From Octopus bimaculoides (Eukaryota): a stretch of 64,000 nucleotides of DNA. The position numbers and the translations under genes were made by a program. Below, in pieces: positions 50,858-64,000 of this stretch. The notes below the pieces were generated by a model that did not search any database, was not told where the DNA came from, and saw nothing but the letters and a program-made list of their open reading frames with translations. Numbering within the stretch: position 1 is the stretch's first letter; the number at the start of each line of letters is the position of its first letter. The DNA lies in NCBI RefSeq assembly GCF_001194135.2, contig NC_068984.1, positions 26,289,954 to 26,353,953 of the forward strand. Direction: 5' to 3'.

Positions 50858-51871
50858 GGTATATACATGTATATACATTAAAACATACACATAAGTATTG
50901 CAATACTGATAAACTGTTGTTAAAACTTAATATACTTCTGCTTAAGAGTAATGCGTCAGGTGAGTACAGAGCATAATACCAATTAATAAATAACAAAAGA
51001 ACAAGTTTTACGTAATCACTTCCATCAGCTTACTGCTGTTTCTGCTTTAAGTAGCATTGCACTGAGAGTTGAGTATTCGCACGTCATCTTATGGCTTCTT
51101 TGGGGCTATTCAAATGAAATCATGTATTTGCAATATAGGCAGAATGCCAGGAATAAGTGAAGAAAAATGCCGTGGGTGATATGAATCCAAATGTTTATTC
51201 CTTCTGGAAAAATAAATATAATACTGTCTTGAACAGGATTTGAACTGAAATTACTAAGAAACTTCAATAAATACTACCTGTTCTGTAAATCTGTCGCCTT
51301 TCTTTAGTGAAATAATACTGCAAGAAAATTCGTATAATTTATTTATCCAAAATCCAGTATGTATTTTGCGAAGGGGGATTAATAAGCTCTATGTGTGACA
51401 AGAGTATACAGAGAGTGATTTAACAAGCTAGACAATAATTTGTTATGTTAGTGTGAACATATTTAATGCACTGGACATTAAAAGAAAAAAGAAAAAAGAA
51501 AAAAGAACTATATAGAAATAAAAAGCAATAACTCTTGGCGCGGCTCAGTATTATTTGAATTTCATTAGCGATGAGTAACCATCATGAAGTATATGAACGA
51601 TATTGCATGTCATTCGGCGTAAGAAAAAAATAGCTGCATGAGAAACAATGTATATATTAAATAGGATTTACATTAACTTAGTTATTGTTTTCCAAGGCTG
51701 GGTATGACGAATATGAGTCGACAAGGAATTTCAAAATGTATTTGAAAAACGGCTCATTTAATTCATTTCCGTTCTTATGTGCAGAACTAGGGAAGAAAGG
51801 ATGTTCATCCTCTAAATTGCGTTGGTGATATTGTAAATGAATGCATTTCAAATGAATTTAAAAAGATTTGC

Positions 51872-51940
<69 letters not shown>

Positions 51941-52186
51941 TTAAGAATATTCTTTCTACACTAATAAAATGCTGTAACTAAACAAAGAAACAAATTTTAA
52001 TATTTTCCATCAAAATTGTGCGACTCATGGCCTAATAAATAAGGGTGAATATACTATGCAATGTTTATATTTGGATTTACCTAGGTCTGCTACATCTTGC
52101 TTTTCTTGTGGTTAACACTGCAAATTTGAAAATCTTGAATTTGTGCCTGCTTCGATCAATCGATCCATGGATGGATGGATGGATCT

Positions 52187-52225
<39 letters not shown>

Positions 52226-52675
52226 TATCAATCGATCAATCAATCAGCCACTGTGTGTGTGTATGTGTGTGTGTATGGCAAATCAAAAATTAAGGCAAAA
52301 ATAAAACAAAAACAACAAAAGTCAAAAGCTTAAGATGGAAAAGGTGGGGGCTGTGGCGCTTCGGGCATGGCTCTTCGTCAGAAAGAGGAAAGAAGAAAGG
52401 TGTGGTGAGAAGGAAAAGAATAGTCTGAGAAAAGCACTTGTGTCGTCACATGGCTGAAGTGACCAATATATATATATATAAAGAGAGAGGTATAGATATA
52501 TATATCCACACACCCAACTGTTTACTCAAATTGGTGCATACATACCTACATTCACATATGCGTGGTTGCTATTAACCAGTGGCTGTAGAACTTCAATTCC
52601 TGTGTAGCATTTAAGGCCTGTGACACTTACAACTTGTCACCAACATCCTCCACTCTCTCTTTCACTTCCTCTCTC

Positions 52676-52772
52676 TCACTCTCTCACTCACTCACTCACT
52701 AACTCACTCACTCACTCACTCACTCACTCACTCACTCACTCACTCACTCACTCACCCACTCACTCACTCACT
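52676..52772. repeat. (CACT)n tetranucleotide array
   Basis: Visible directly. Confidence 0.9.
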
Positions 52773-52899
52773 CTATCCTACTAACATAATCTAGAGACAA
52801 GCCGAGGTGGGGTGTCTCATCTTAGGCTCAGATGTATAGAAACTTCAGCTAGCGTTAAAGATCCCCAAAATGGTAAAGAATATCCCATGCATATCAGAA

Positions 52900-53600
52900 T
52901 ATTCATCTATAGACAAAAACATTTCATGGTGACAGCTTGTCTGTGATGCTTTTCATCCTGACAGAGAACTTGTCAACCCTGTTGAGGAAATGAAAAACTA
53001 CACACCAGAAACTGTTGTCAAGAGAAACATTAATATCCATATCTCTTTCTTGCCGACGATCTTGCTGCATTCAAGTAAAATTCACAACACCAAGAGATAG
53101 AAATGGTTGCAATAATCTTGTAGAACGTTGGAATGGATTTTGCTTACAATAAGTGTTCATATTAGGTAATAAATCAAGGAAAGATTGTTGTCCAATAAAC
53201 CTCCAAGTTGTGATAGAAAATGTCAATTCTGCCATTCTCAGGTGGAATGAGTCAATCATATCATTAATTGCTATCCAAAATAGTCTGTAAGGTATTAGCT
53301 TTCCACTACACACAATATTGTCGCTAAAAGCATTTGCAAGGGTACTCACCAGAAGGATTCCCCTGGTGTTCATACCAGAGGCACACCAGAATGTATCACA
53401 CGTTTGAAAATTAATGAAAACTGATCGAGTATTCCTGTAAAAACAGCGATTACATTTAAACGGAATATGCATGGTATTCTTATATAGGACGGGAAACAAA
53501 TCATGCAATGTTATCGCGAGCAGCTTCCCAAGAAGATATGAATATTGCTTCCAAAACATTGGGAAATTACAGCATCTATGTAGAACTTATGACGAACACA
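52900..53600 (+). mobile_element. Highly decayed LINE (RTE-like) reverse-transcriptase fragment
   Basis: Plus strand RWNESIISLIAIQNSL*GIS...KAFARVLTRRI resembles the W..A.I..I.K...NYRGISL...K.FARVL..R segment at the start of LINE RTs. Confidence 0.5.
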
Positions 53601-54519
53601 AAATCCTCACATTGGGATTATAGATTTTCATTTGTATATATTTTCATAGTGCACTTGGTTAGGTTACTATAGATTTGCATAAAAATCTAGAAATACTGGG
53701 GTTCTCCAAGAAAGAACAAAGCAAACTGACTTGCATCCTTCTAATACAAACGACAGATAAAGTTGTGTGGTATATCCAAAAGACTCTCCGTTGCTTTGGA
53801 GTGAACACTCGCACACAAATGAATGTCGATATGCAATACACATTTGGGGGCAAGTATATTCACTTATGCACTTAGATATATGTACACACGCACACGCGCG
53901 CGCACACACATATTTAAGTGAATAAGTGAATATACTTTCTCTCAAGTAATAGATGTACATGTCTCTTAATTAAATAAATGCGCGTGCTTCATTACTCTTT
54001 ATGTATAAGTGTGTATTCCACATGAACATTCAGTTGAGTGCGAGTGTCGACCCCAAAACAAATTGAATTATTTAGTAAAATCGACAAAAATAGTACGGTG
54101 AACATGTCGTAGGGAATGGAAAATCCAGCGTTTCGGACAGAGTCCTTCAGTGAAAACTTGTCAGAGGAAATATTATTGAATCAAATTGAGCTGGCGTGTA
54201 TGAAGTGAAAGCCTAAAGGCAGGAACAAGGGAGATGGACGCAAGAGTTGTTGGCGGTCGGTAGTCAGGCCAAGAAAGAAAGATCATTGTTGGCTGGACAC
54301 CGGTCACGTGAAAGGAGGAGAGATGGGTAGGGGACAGCGGGATATATATGTATATATACACACATACATATACATATATATACACACATACATATACATA
54401 TTCATATACACACACATGCACACAAATATACAGATATACGTATATATATATATATGGATATATCTATATGTCTGTGTACATATATATACATATATACACA
54501 TATCCACAATTTCTATATA

Positions 54520-55786
54520 TTGGGTCATCCCATAAATAATGCATTTTTTATACTTCTATTTTTCAAAATTAAGATAAACAAAGTTCTTTTTTAACCTAAA
54601 GTATACTTTCCTCCATTTTCTACAATACTCTTCCATCTATCTGGTAGAATTGCATGGTCTCCACACTTCGGAAATTCACTTGTCCTTGACGAAAAATACT
54701 CCTCCGGTTCTGTTCTGACCTCGTCTACAGAATTCAGATTTTTTTCCATCGATATGATTTTGAAGACTACGGAATAAATGATAATCAGATAGGGCAATGT
54801 CCGGTTAATATGGTGGGTGTGGCATTGTTTTCTATTCAAACTTCTCCATCCTTTGGAATGTCATCCTCGATGTATGTGGCCGAGTATTATCCTGATGGAA
54901 GAACACCTTTCGTCTTGAAACCAAAGATGGTCGTTTTTCTTCTAGCGCTGACTTAAGCCGCACAAGCTTCTACCATTAGATTTCCTTTGTTATCGTTTGG
55001 TTTGGGTTCAAAAGTTCAAAGTGGGCTAAACCTTTCATATCCCACCAAACAAATAACAACACCTTACGTGGGTGAAGACCTTCTTTATCCTGAGGTGCCG
55101 GTGGTTCTCCTTCCCCTACCCACTGACTTCGGCGCTTGACATTTTTATAGAGATCCAATTTCTCGTCACCAGTTACTATTCGGTCCAAAAAGGATTCATT
55201 CGTGAGACGTGACTGCAAACAAGAGCACACATTCACTTCCTGCGCGCGATTAGACTCGGAAAGTTTGTAATGAACCCATTGACCCAATTTGCTGACTTTT
55301 CGGATGGCACGCAGGTGTCGATGAATGATTGCATGACCAAATCCAAGCTTCTCTGATAGTTCTTTAACAGTTACGATGGGATTTTGTTCCACCAGGATTT
55401 GCAGGACATTCTCGTCGAGCTCTACAGATCTTCCAAGACGAGTCTTGTTTTCTAGGCTATAGCTTCCAGCTCGGAATTTCTGGAACCACTTATTGTCCGA
55501 TCCCCATATAGTCCATTAATATTTCTCGCACTTTCCGTTGCGTCGTTGCCTTTATTGAACTCATAAATCAAAATATGCCGAATATGCCCCTTTGTCACTT
55601 CCATTATAGCTTTGAAAAATAACTGCTAAAATCGAACTGCGCTCTTCAAAACTTGCACAAAGAATAAGGACAAGGTAAAATTACTACTTACTTTAATAGC
55701 AAACTGATGCAGGTAGTTTATCCCGTTCCCCTCCGACTTTTAGTTCATGCAATTGAAGAAACCGCATTATTTATGGGATGACCCAA
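54520..55786 (-). mobile_element. Mariner transposon (cecropia/Hsmar1-like), full length, decayed
   Basis: Perfect 23-bp TIRs TTGGGTCATCCCATAAATAATGC with TA on both sides; 1267 bp. Confidence 0.95.
54591..55604 (-). pseudogene. Mariner transposase pseudogene
   Basis: MEVTKGHIRHILIYEF...; GQWVHYKLSE; FLDRIVTGDEK; LHPRKVLLFVWWDMKG; LPDRWKSIVENGGKY*; broken by frameshifts and deletions. Confidence 0.85.
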
Positions 55787-56319
55787 TACGTTCTTTACGT
55801 ATACGCTTATAAACACTAACATACTCACACGCACGTGCACATACACACATGCACATACACTCATACACACAACAAATGATAATGAAAGAAGCAGCCTAGT
55901 ATAAATTTTTAATCTTCCCAATTATGAAAGAAAATTATAATTAAGACATCTAATAAAGATTTAATTAACTAACATTTTGCTCATATTAATACCAGTAAAC
56001 ATAATTAAGTCGTCATAGCAAACTTTAAATGCGTAGCATTTATTTATATCCTTCGTTTAATGCCATTGGTATTGTATGGCAATCTCTTTCGTTGTGGTGT
56101 TTTGATATAAAACACCATGGCTTTTCTTGAAGTGGCTTGTAGACTCAGTATCCAGTTTAGTGCATCCATTCGAGCCGTGGATACTTTTAGCGGAGTTTGT
56201 AGTCAATCATGCATTCAGATGACGCTATATATTTTCAGAATAAATCAACTATACTTTCTCTTGCATACGTTTTGCATAACAGGCTGGAACCGTAGAAAAT
56301 GTTTCGATAGAATACCAAA

Positions 56320-56477
56320 CAGGAGTGGCTGTGTGGTAAATCGCTTGCTTACATACCACATGGTTCCGGGTTCAGTCCCACTGCGTGGCATCTTGGGATA
56401 GAGTCTTCTACTATAGCCTCGGGTCGACCAAAGCCTTGTGAGTGGATTTGGTAGACGGAAACTGAAAGAAGCTCGTC

Positions 56478-56543
<66 letters not shown>

Positions 56544-56825
56544 NNNNNNNNNNNNNNNNNNNNNNNNNNNNNNNNNNNNNNNNNNNNNNNNNNNNNNNNN
56601 NNNNNNNNNNNNNNNNNNNNNNNNNNNNNNNNNNNNNNNNNNCTTGACAACTGATGCTGGTGTGTTTACGCCCCCGTAACTTAGCGGTTCGGCAAAAAGA
56701 GGCCGATAGAATAAGTACTAGGCTTCCAAAGAATAAGTCCCGGGGTCGATTTTCTCGACTAAAGGCGGTGCTCCAGCATGGCCGCAGTCAAATGACTGAA
56801 ACAAGTAAAAGAGTAAAAGAGTAAA
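56320..56825 (+). mobile_element. SINE family A, full length (gap in the microsatellite hub)
   Basis: Head CAGGAGTGGCTGTGTGGTAA, (TA)n(TG)n, N gap, 3' half and (GTAAAAGA)n tail. Confidence 0.9.
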
Positions 56826-57404
56826 CAGTTGGTACGCAATTCGTTATCCTACTCATTCCGATGTCATGCTGACACTTCACAGCAATCTGGAATTTTTCGA
56901 GAAGTCCATCCGAAATCAGTGATCACCAGCTGGACTGTTCTCAAAAATCGAAGCAGAAGCTAGCAACAACTCATGAGCCACCTTTTCTGTTTCTCATCCT
57001 TAGCCAAAACATTCATTTCCAAAATCTTCTGCTGACGACTTACGCAGGACACAGTTTCTTTCAATACTTATAGTTTCTGGCGGTCACTGTTCCTCTCAGA
57101 AATATTATTGGAGTTGGGTATATACGCTCATCCGCTCTTAAAACAAAGACAGTATTCAGAAAATTCCTTTCCGATGATCAGCCATAGACTTTTGCTTGAA
57201 GAAATCTGGTGCAACTTAGATATTAGTGAATCTGATTGATCCTTAGGCTTGACTGCTACGTTATTTTATTTGTTTCAGAAGGTTGAATCAACGAAAGTAT
57301 ACCACGACTCCGAATGACAACAGGTAGCCTAAACTTTTTCGGTGCTCTACCCAACATTTACACGCACTAATCAACTTACACATATTTGTCCAGATTATTT
57401 ATTA

Positions 57405-57451
<47 letters not shown>

Positions 57452-58580
57452 GTTGTTGTTGTTGTTGTTATTATTATTATTATNNNNNNNNNNTTATTAT
57501 TATTATTATTGTTGTTGTTGTTGTTGTTATTATTATTATTATGTGTGTGTGTGTGTATGTATATATATATATATATATTTACAAATATGTATGCGTGTAT
57601 GTGTATTTGTTTCTTATATACATGTTCGTACACACACACACGCACGCACACGCACACACACACACACATATATATATGTAAATACACGTGTGTGTGTGTG
57701 CGTGCACGCGAAACACACACATACACAAGTAACAAAAAGCAGTAGTCATATCGGAAACCAGAACCAATATTTTATATTTTGGTTTCGTTCATTGCATATA
57801 ATTATGTTGCCGGTGTAAAAAGATTTGCTTTACAATGCCGCTTGCTTTGATAGTATATGAATTGTTTATTTACGCTGCATATTGTGGGACGGCTTCATGT
57901 AAGTTCACATGTTCACGTGCTCGTAAGCATTTTTAAGTAGATTCGCTGTTCTTCCCCTATTAAATGAGCACACATATTCGAAAAAAAAAAAAAAATAGAG
58001 AGAGAGAGAAAAGAACCGTATACAAACATACAAGTTCGAAACAGGATCATATACAATCTTGTTCGAGTGCTTAAGAAGTTTAATTCGTAACTATGTAGTT
58101 ACAAGTTAGAACACATTGAGCGCGGTTTTTGGTTAGGTGTCTTCTAAGATTGCTCTGTCTCAAGAAGACTGTTTTGAGTATAATTCTGTAGTCAAAAAGT
58201 TTGCGGAGTAGTCATCTTGTTCTCCGCATATGCTTAAATAATGCATTATATTATAAAAACAGGAAACTTTACCATCGATAGTTTGATCTTCAGTTACAAA
58301 TCCAAAATCCTTATCCTTAATTCTATGACATGTAGCTTTTTGTGTCATATAGCATCAGATAATCTCCACAAACCCTTATTCCATTACTTTTCTGATCATC
58401 TCTACTTGTTTTAGTACATCTTTCTAAAATATCCCTACAGCTTCTTATCTTGAAACATGCCTTACCACATATTTATTAATCAATTTTTAATCCTTAGCCA
58501 TATATTAAATTATGCAACTAAATATATTCAACTATTTATCTTTTTTTTTTAATTTAGTGACCCAATTATTTGGTTAATTA

Positions 58581-59531
58581 CACATGACAACAATTTGTTT
58601 TTCGAAATCTCAGTCGCATAAGATTTTTTTTACTGATTCTTACAGTTTTTAACCTGCTAAATTCAAATCTGAAAAAGGTTATGGTCTACATGCTCTAGTT
58701 TTCATGCAATTTTAAGTGTTACATTCTAGCCGTTTGCGGTCAAATTAATTACTCTCAACAGAGATATTAAAAATGCTTCCAACATATAGTCTTTGCTCTC
58801 CCTGCTTTGTCCTTCGAGATGGACTGCAGATTCGTACTCTTGTACGTGATCAAGAATTTGCCGAATGACAAGGATGGCTTTCATTCGTGGTGGCAATACA
58901 AAACTTTCTCGATAATAAAAAGGCTGACAACTGTGAAACTCTCGTAGTTAATATGTTGTCAGCTTTTCGTAATCTTGGATGTAAAATGAGTGTCAAACTG
59001 TACGTGAAATGTTCATGTACAGTCATCTTGATAGATTCCCTGAGAACTTCGGAGCAGTAAATGACGAACAAGGTGAGCGGTTCCATCAGGATCTCTAGAC
59101 CACGAAAGAGTGTTATCAAAGGAGATGGGAGAAACATATGATAGCAGACTACTGCCTGAGCATTAAGTGAGATTGCCCTGAGACAGTCCATAAACGCACA
59201 AGCTTCAGCCGTAAATTCCTGCCTGAATAGACTGCAATTGAGATTTACATCCTCGTAGTTATTAATTTCTGATTTATCAATCAGTTTTATATAAACTATA
59301 ACCTTTGCTTATAAGGGAAAATATTTCAAATTGTATTCTTGAATAAATTTATCTTTTTTTATTACTCAGCTAATATAAACAGATATTTCTCCTGATAGAC
59401 TATGACGTCAATGTGATGAAGACGAAATTTTGAGATTTTGAAATATCTTGATTGCAAAAAAATCAGAGCATTTAGAAAATAACCAGCTTCAGATCTGAAA
59501 CCTATGCATTCAAATTAGGAAATACAAAGTG
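58581..59531 (+). mobile_element. Internally deleted Chapaev3-like DNA transposon
   Basis: 58810-59230 translates with frameshifts as DGLQIRTLVRD...WLSFVVAIQNFL...AFRNLGCKMSVKL / YSHLDRFPENFGAVNDEQGERFHQDL...MIADYC, the Chapaev3 C-terminal signature as recalled; candidate CAC...GTG termini are tentative. Confidence 0.7.
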
Positions 59532-59902
59532 TTGATATCAATACAACAAAAAGTTTGTTGAGTGTTATCTACTAATATACATGCACACATACATGCATAC
59601 ATACATATATGCTCGAAATGAGGAGTAGATGGACAGCAGACAAATGATAAAGAGTCGTTCTTTATGTTACTTGTCCTGTTTTCCATTTGTTTCTTTCGTT
59701 GTTTATGTATTCGACTCTTGATTTCGTATTTCATGTTTTTTAGGGTTTGTGACGTCCTGTACCCATATATGCATATGCATATATATATATATATATATAT
59801 ANNNNNNNNNNNNNNNNNNNNNNNNNNNNNNNNNNNNNNNNNNNNNNNNNNNNNNNNNNNNNNNNNNNNNNNNNNNNNNNNNNNNNNNNNNNNNNNNNNN
59901 NN

Positions 59903-59959
<57 letters not shown>

Positions 59960-60039
59960 GTGTGTGTGTTGTTAGACCACACAGATGATCTGTATATAGT
60001 GATCAAATGTTTGTGTACACATAAGCTCACCCCTTCATC

Positions 60040-60210
60040 AAATCGACATTACCTGTACAGGTACACCATGTACCACATGTCAGATGACGAAATGATCGCA
60101 GAGCAACGTGAAATGAAGTGCTTTGCTCAAGAACACAATGCAATGCCCGGTCTGGAAATCAAAACTACGATCTCTCAATCGTGTGTGGAACGCCCTAACC
60201 ACTAAGCAAT
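60040..60210 (-). mobile_element. tRNA/CORE-type SINE 5' part with a different body
   Basis: Minus strand GCTTAGTGGTTAGGGCG...TGTGTTCTTGAGCAAAGCACTTCATTTCACGTTGCT as in family C; body diverges afterwards. Confidence 0.7.
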
Positions 60211-60216
60211 ATATAT

Positions 60217-61128
60217 TCTTTTATTCTTTCCTTCTTTTACTGGTTTCAGTCATTTGACTGCGGCCATGCTGGAACACCTCCTTTAATCGAACGAATCGAC
60301 CTCAGGGCTTATCCTGTCGGTCTCTTTTTACGAACCGTTAAGTTACGGGCACGCAAACACACCAACATCGGTTGTCAAGCGATGGTGGGGAACAAACACA
60401 GACACACAAACATATACATACATACATACATACAAACATACATATATATATATATATACACATATATATANNNNNNNNNNNNNNNNNNNNNNNNNNNNNN
60501 NNNNNNNNNNNNNNNNNNNNNNNNNNNNNNNNNNNNNNNNNNNNNNNNNNNNNNNNNNNNNNNNNNNNNNNNNNNNNNNNNNNNNNNNNNNNNNNNNNNN
60601 NNNNNNNNNNNNNNNNNNNNNNNNNNNNNNNNNNNNNNNNNNNNNNNNNNNNNNNNNNNNNNNNNNNNNNNNNNNNNNNNNNNNNNNNNNNNNNNNNNNN
60701 NNNNNNNNNNNNNNNNNNNNNNNNNNNNNNNNNNNNNNNNNNNNNNNNNNNNNNNNNNNNNNNNNNNNNNNNNNNNNNNNNNNNNNNNNNNNNNNNNNNN
60801 NNNNNNNNNNNNNNNNNNNNNNNNNNNNNNNNNNNNNNNNNNNNNNNNNNNNNNNNNNNNNNNNNNNNNNNNNNNNNNNNNNNNNNNNNNNNNNNNNNNN
60901 NNNNNNNNNNNNNNNNNNNNNNNNNNNNNNNNNNNNNNNNNNNNNNNNNNNNNNNNNNNNNNNNNNNNNNNNNNNNNNNNNNNNNNNNNNNNNNNNNNNN
61001 NNNNNNNNNNNNNNNNNNNNNNNNNNNNNNNNATGACGGGCTTCTTTCAGTTTCCGTCTACCAAATCCACTCACAAGGCTTTGGGCGGCCCAAGGCTATA
61101 GTAGAAGACACTATCCCAACGTGGCACG
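60217..61128 (-). mobile_element. SINE family A (563-N gap in the microsatellite hub)
   Basis: 3' half at 60217-60410, 5' half at 61034-61128, (TA)/(CATA) run entering the gap. Confidence 0.85.
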
Positions 61129-61716
61129 AAGTCATACATACATGCATGCGTATATATATATACAAACACACGCACACACACACATACACACACAATATAA
61201 TATATGTGTGTGAATGTATGCATGTATATATGTATATGGGTTTGTATGTGTGACCAGAGATTGAGCTGAGATTAAAAAAACATTTTTGAGATATGTGTAT
61301 CGCCCTTGTATTTATGAACGTATGTGTATACGGTTTTGCAGTATACCCACTTAAGAAATAAAGATTTTATAGCGTTCCTTCCAATTCGGCAACACTGTAT
61401 ATATCATATGAAATCTGAATCCTCGCGTGTCAACCATTTAATCTGCTCTAGAGAAAGTGTTGTTGTTTTTTAATGAAATAATAAAGAGTGATAGGAATAA
61501 GCGCGTTAACCCAAGCGATGTAAATAAGCTGGGTATATTTCCAGAGAAGCAATACAATCGCTCCCTGTCACTAGTGTTGAACTTTTATGCTGTATTTCTT
61601 CCCCATATATTCTTCTCTCTATTTCCGGAGATGCATGCTTTTTTTTACTAAAATAAATCATTTTAGCATTTTACTAAGTGAAACAAAATATTGACAGGTG
61701 TGAGAGGGAGTAAGAT

Positions 61717-61717
61717 G

Positions 61718-61761
<44 letters not shown>
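61717..61761. repeat. (AGAT)n microsatellite
   Basis: Visible directly; the same GATA-type unit occurs at 3795-3837, 15117-15181, 22283-22352 and 28488-28551. Confidence 0.95.
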
Positions 61762-61762
<1 letters not shown>

Positions 61763-62587
61763 TATATGGAACAGAAATAGGAGCCAAACAGTTACTCTAG
61801 AAAAGAATAAGAAACCCGAATAAGATACATGGAGCAAAGTTGGAAGTTAAGGAAAAAAATACCGAGCGAATGCTCTGCCTGGAATTCAAATAGTGAAGTC
61901 AGTTATAAAGCTTAAAATGTTCAAACAATTGAATTTACACTTATGATAAGCTGACAGGATCAACTCCAGTCCAGAGAGCCAAGGGAGGCTATTCCGTGAT
62001 TCAAATTAAAATTAAATAAAACTAGAATGTGTGCAATGCAGTGAGGAGTGAATCTAATCTTCACAATACAGTGATAACTTCGAACATGTTTCGGTCTTAT
62101 AAGATCTCTTCACTGCAAGGATGAGTTGACAAATATAAATCTACCGACTCGAGAAGAAATTTTAACTTAAAAAAGACTGTATAAAGCCAAGAAGAACTCA
62201 CATGTACCATAGTCTGATGATGGGTTAGTTGGCCAAAACTTCGAAGTCACTGTCAAAACTACCTTCATATTAGAATGAATTTGTACTTTACGAAAAGTGT
62301 TGAGTAATCCTTCAGCGTAATGTAAAATTGTTTTTATTGTAACCTAATATAAAAACAAACATTAATACATATATATATAACACGTACATATGGGTACAGT
62401 ATCTATTCACGTATGCATGTATGTATGCATATATATATATATGTGTGTGTGTGAGTGTGTGTGTGTGTGTGTGTATGCGTGTGTGTGTGTGTGCATGTGT
62501 GTGTATGTATGCATGTATTTTGTACGTACGTGCGTATATATGTATGTATCTCTCTGTCTATACACACACACAGCTTGTTTAATCTTG

Positions 62588-62797
62588 GACTGATCAAAGC
62601 CTTGTGAGTGGTAGAGCGAAATTTAAAGAAGCCCGTCGTATATATNNNNNNNNNNNNNNNNNNNNNNNNNNNNNNNNNNNNNNNNNNNNNNNNNNNNNNN
62701 NNNNNNNNNNNNNNNNNNNNNNNNNNNNNNNNNNNNNNNNNNNNNNNNNNNNNNNNNNNNNNNNNNNNNNNNNNNNTATATATATATATATATATAC

Positions 62798-62835
<38 letters not shown>

Positions 62836-63010
62836 TTGGTGTGTTTACGTCTCCATAACTTAGCGGTTTGGCAAAGCGACCGATAGTATATGTACCAGGC
62901 TTATAAAAAAAAAATTAGCACTAGGGTCAATTCATTCGATTAAGAATTCTTCAAGGCGGTGCTCAGCACGGCCGCAGTCTAATGACTGAAACAAGTAGAA
63001 AAGAAATAAG
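62588..63010 (+). mobile_element. SINE family A, 5'-truncated (gap in hub)
   Basis: CAAAGCCTTGTGAGTG...AAGAAGCCCGTCGTATA, gap, then TAACTTAGCGGTT...GACTGAAACAAGTA. Confidence 0.8.
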
Positions 63011-63632
63011 AGAAACAAAAAACAAAAAAAAAAACAAAAAAATAACAAAAGTATAAGCATAGCTCTCTTAAAGGGCGCAGAATTGAAATTTAAAAGAAAA
63101 TATATAAAATACGAACGCAACGAAATAAATGATGCGAAACAGAAATAGCGGAGTCAAGCGAGTGTCACAGAGGTTCTATATTTCAGTTAACGGGATGAAA
63201 AGGCAAATAGTATGCTTGGATAGAAGATGGAAACGATTTGACAGGACGAGAGTTGTGAAAGAAGTAAGAGAATCTGTAGAACTTGAAAATGTAACAAGCG
63301 TGACCGGTGCGAAAGCGGGCGAGAAATCCCTGCTGGCCGATATGCTGGAGTTTCCAGAAGACTCGTAGAAATTTGTGACATAATTCTTTTTGGTTGACTT
63401 GTTCCCATTTCCTGGCTCCACATCTATGTTTCTTCGATGACGACCGGATGTATACATCATTTAGTTTCAGTTGGAGATGAGATCGGCGGTGGTAGTGGTA
63501 GTGCTGCTGGTGGTGGTGGTGGTGGAGGTGCGTTTAAATATTGCATTTACTTGTCGTTTCGTTGTGTTCTTTAAAGCGTAGACTAAGCTTCCCGTTTTGC
63601 CATTATCATCTCTCTCTCTCTCTCTCTATCTA

Positions 63633-63670
<38 letters not shown>

Positions 63671-63951
63671 TCCATCTGACTTTCTCTCTTTCTCTTACTC
63701 TCTCTCTCCCTCTCACTCTCTTTTCCTCTTTATGTATGCAAGTATGTTGCATGTAGGTATGTATATACGCATGTATTCGCTTCTTCTCTCCAACACGAAC
63801 ATACTCATGCACATTCAGTCACGCACACACAAACACACCTACACTTACGTACGTATATTATACAAACATACATACGTACACACATATATATATGCATACA
63901 CGTATACATATATACATACACACACATACATATACATATACATATATATAC

Positions 63952-64000
<49 letters not shown>

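Noticed and set aside
51017-51205. Minus-strand exon with strong splice signals
   Set aside because: Stop codons in all three frames.
53071-53559. 162-aa minus-strand ORF
   Set aside because: Antisense to the decayed LINE RT fragment; no recognisable domain.
53675-53875. Myosin-like ILGFSKKEQ peptide
   Set aside because: Similarity lasts only a few residues, the following AAILHLGN motif is absent and splice signals are poor.
54125-54156. Hammerhead-like CTGAAGG...GAAAC on the minus strand (also 26066-26110 on plus)
   Set aside because: Core deletions and no convincing stem I; at most decayed remnants.

Overview
Eukaryotic, AT-rich, repeat-dense and largely non-coding window with many scaffold gaps (N runs, e.g. 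157-674, 1713-2519, 29394-30298, 31343-32270, 60471-61033). The SINE families present point to an octopod cephalopod (inference from recall of octopus SINE consensus sequences; no database search was run). No intact protein-coding gene, true tRNA/rRNA gene or CRISPR array can be supported, and nearly all of the ORF track is microsatellite or N-gap artefact. Supported content: four tRNA-type SINE families in about 25 copies; six fragments of restriction-like-endonuclease (RLE; R4/Dong-type) non-LTR retrotransposons from at least three lineages, five of them embedded in (AAT)n arrays; RTE LINE remnants; two full-length but decayed mariner transposons; a decayed Chapaev3-like transposase; four MITE copies; several hammerhead-ribozyme-like motifs; and many microsatellites. 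The most interesting signals are the (AAT)n-targeting RLE elements stacked in tandem and repeatedly joined tail-to-tail to one SINE family, the dispersed hammerhead motifs, and a close inverted SINE pair able to form about 235 bp of dsRNA. Candidate host exons and a promoter-like patch are low-confidence hypotheses only.
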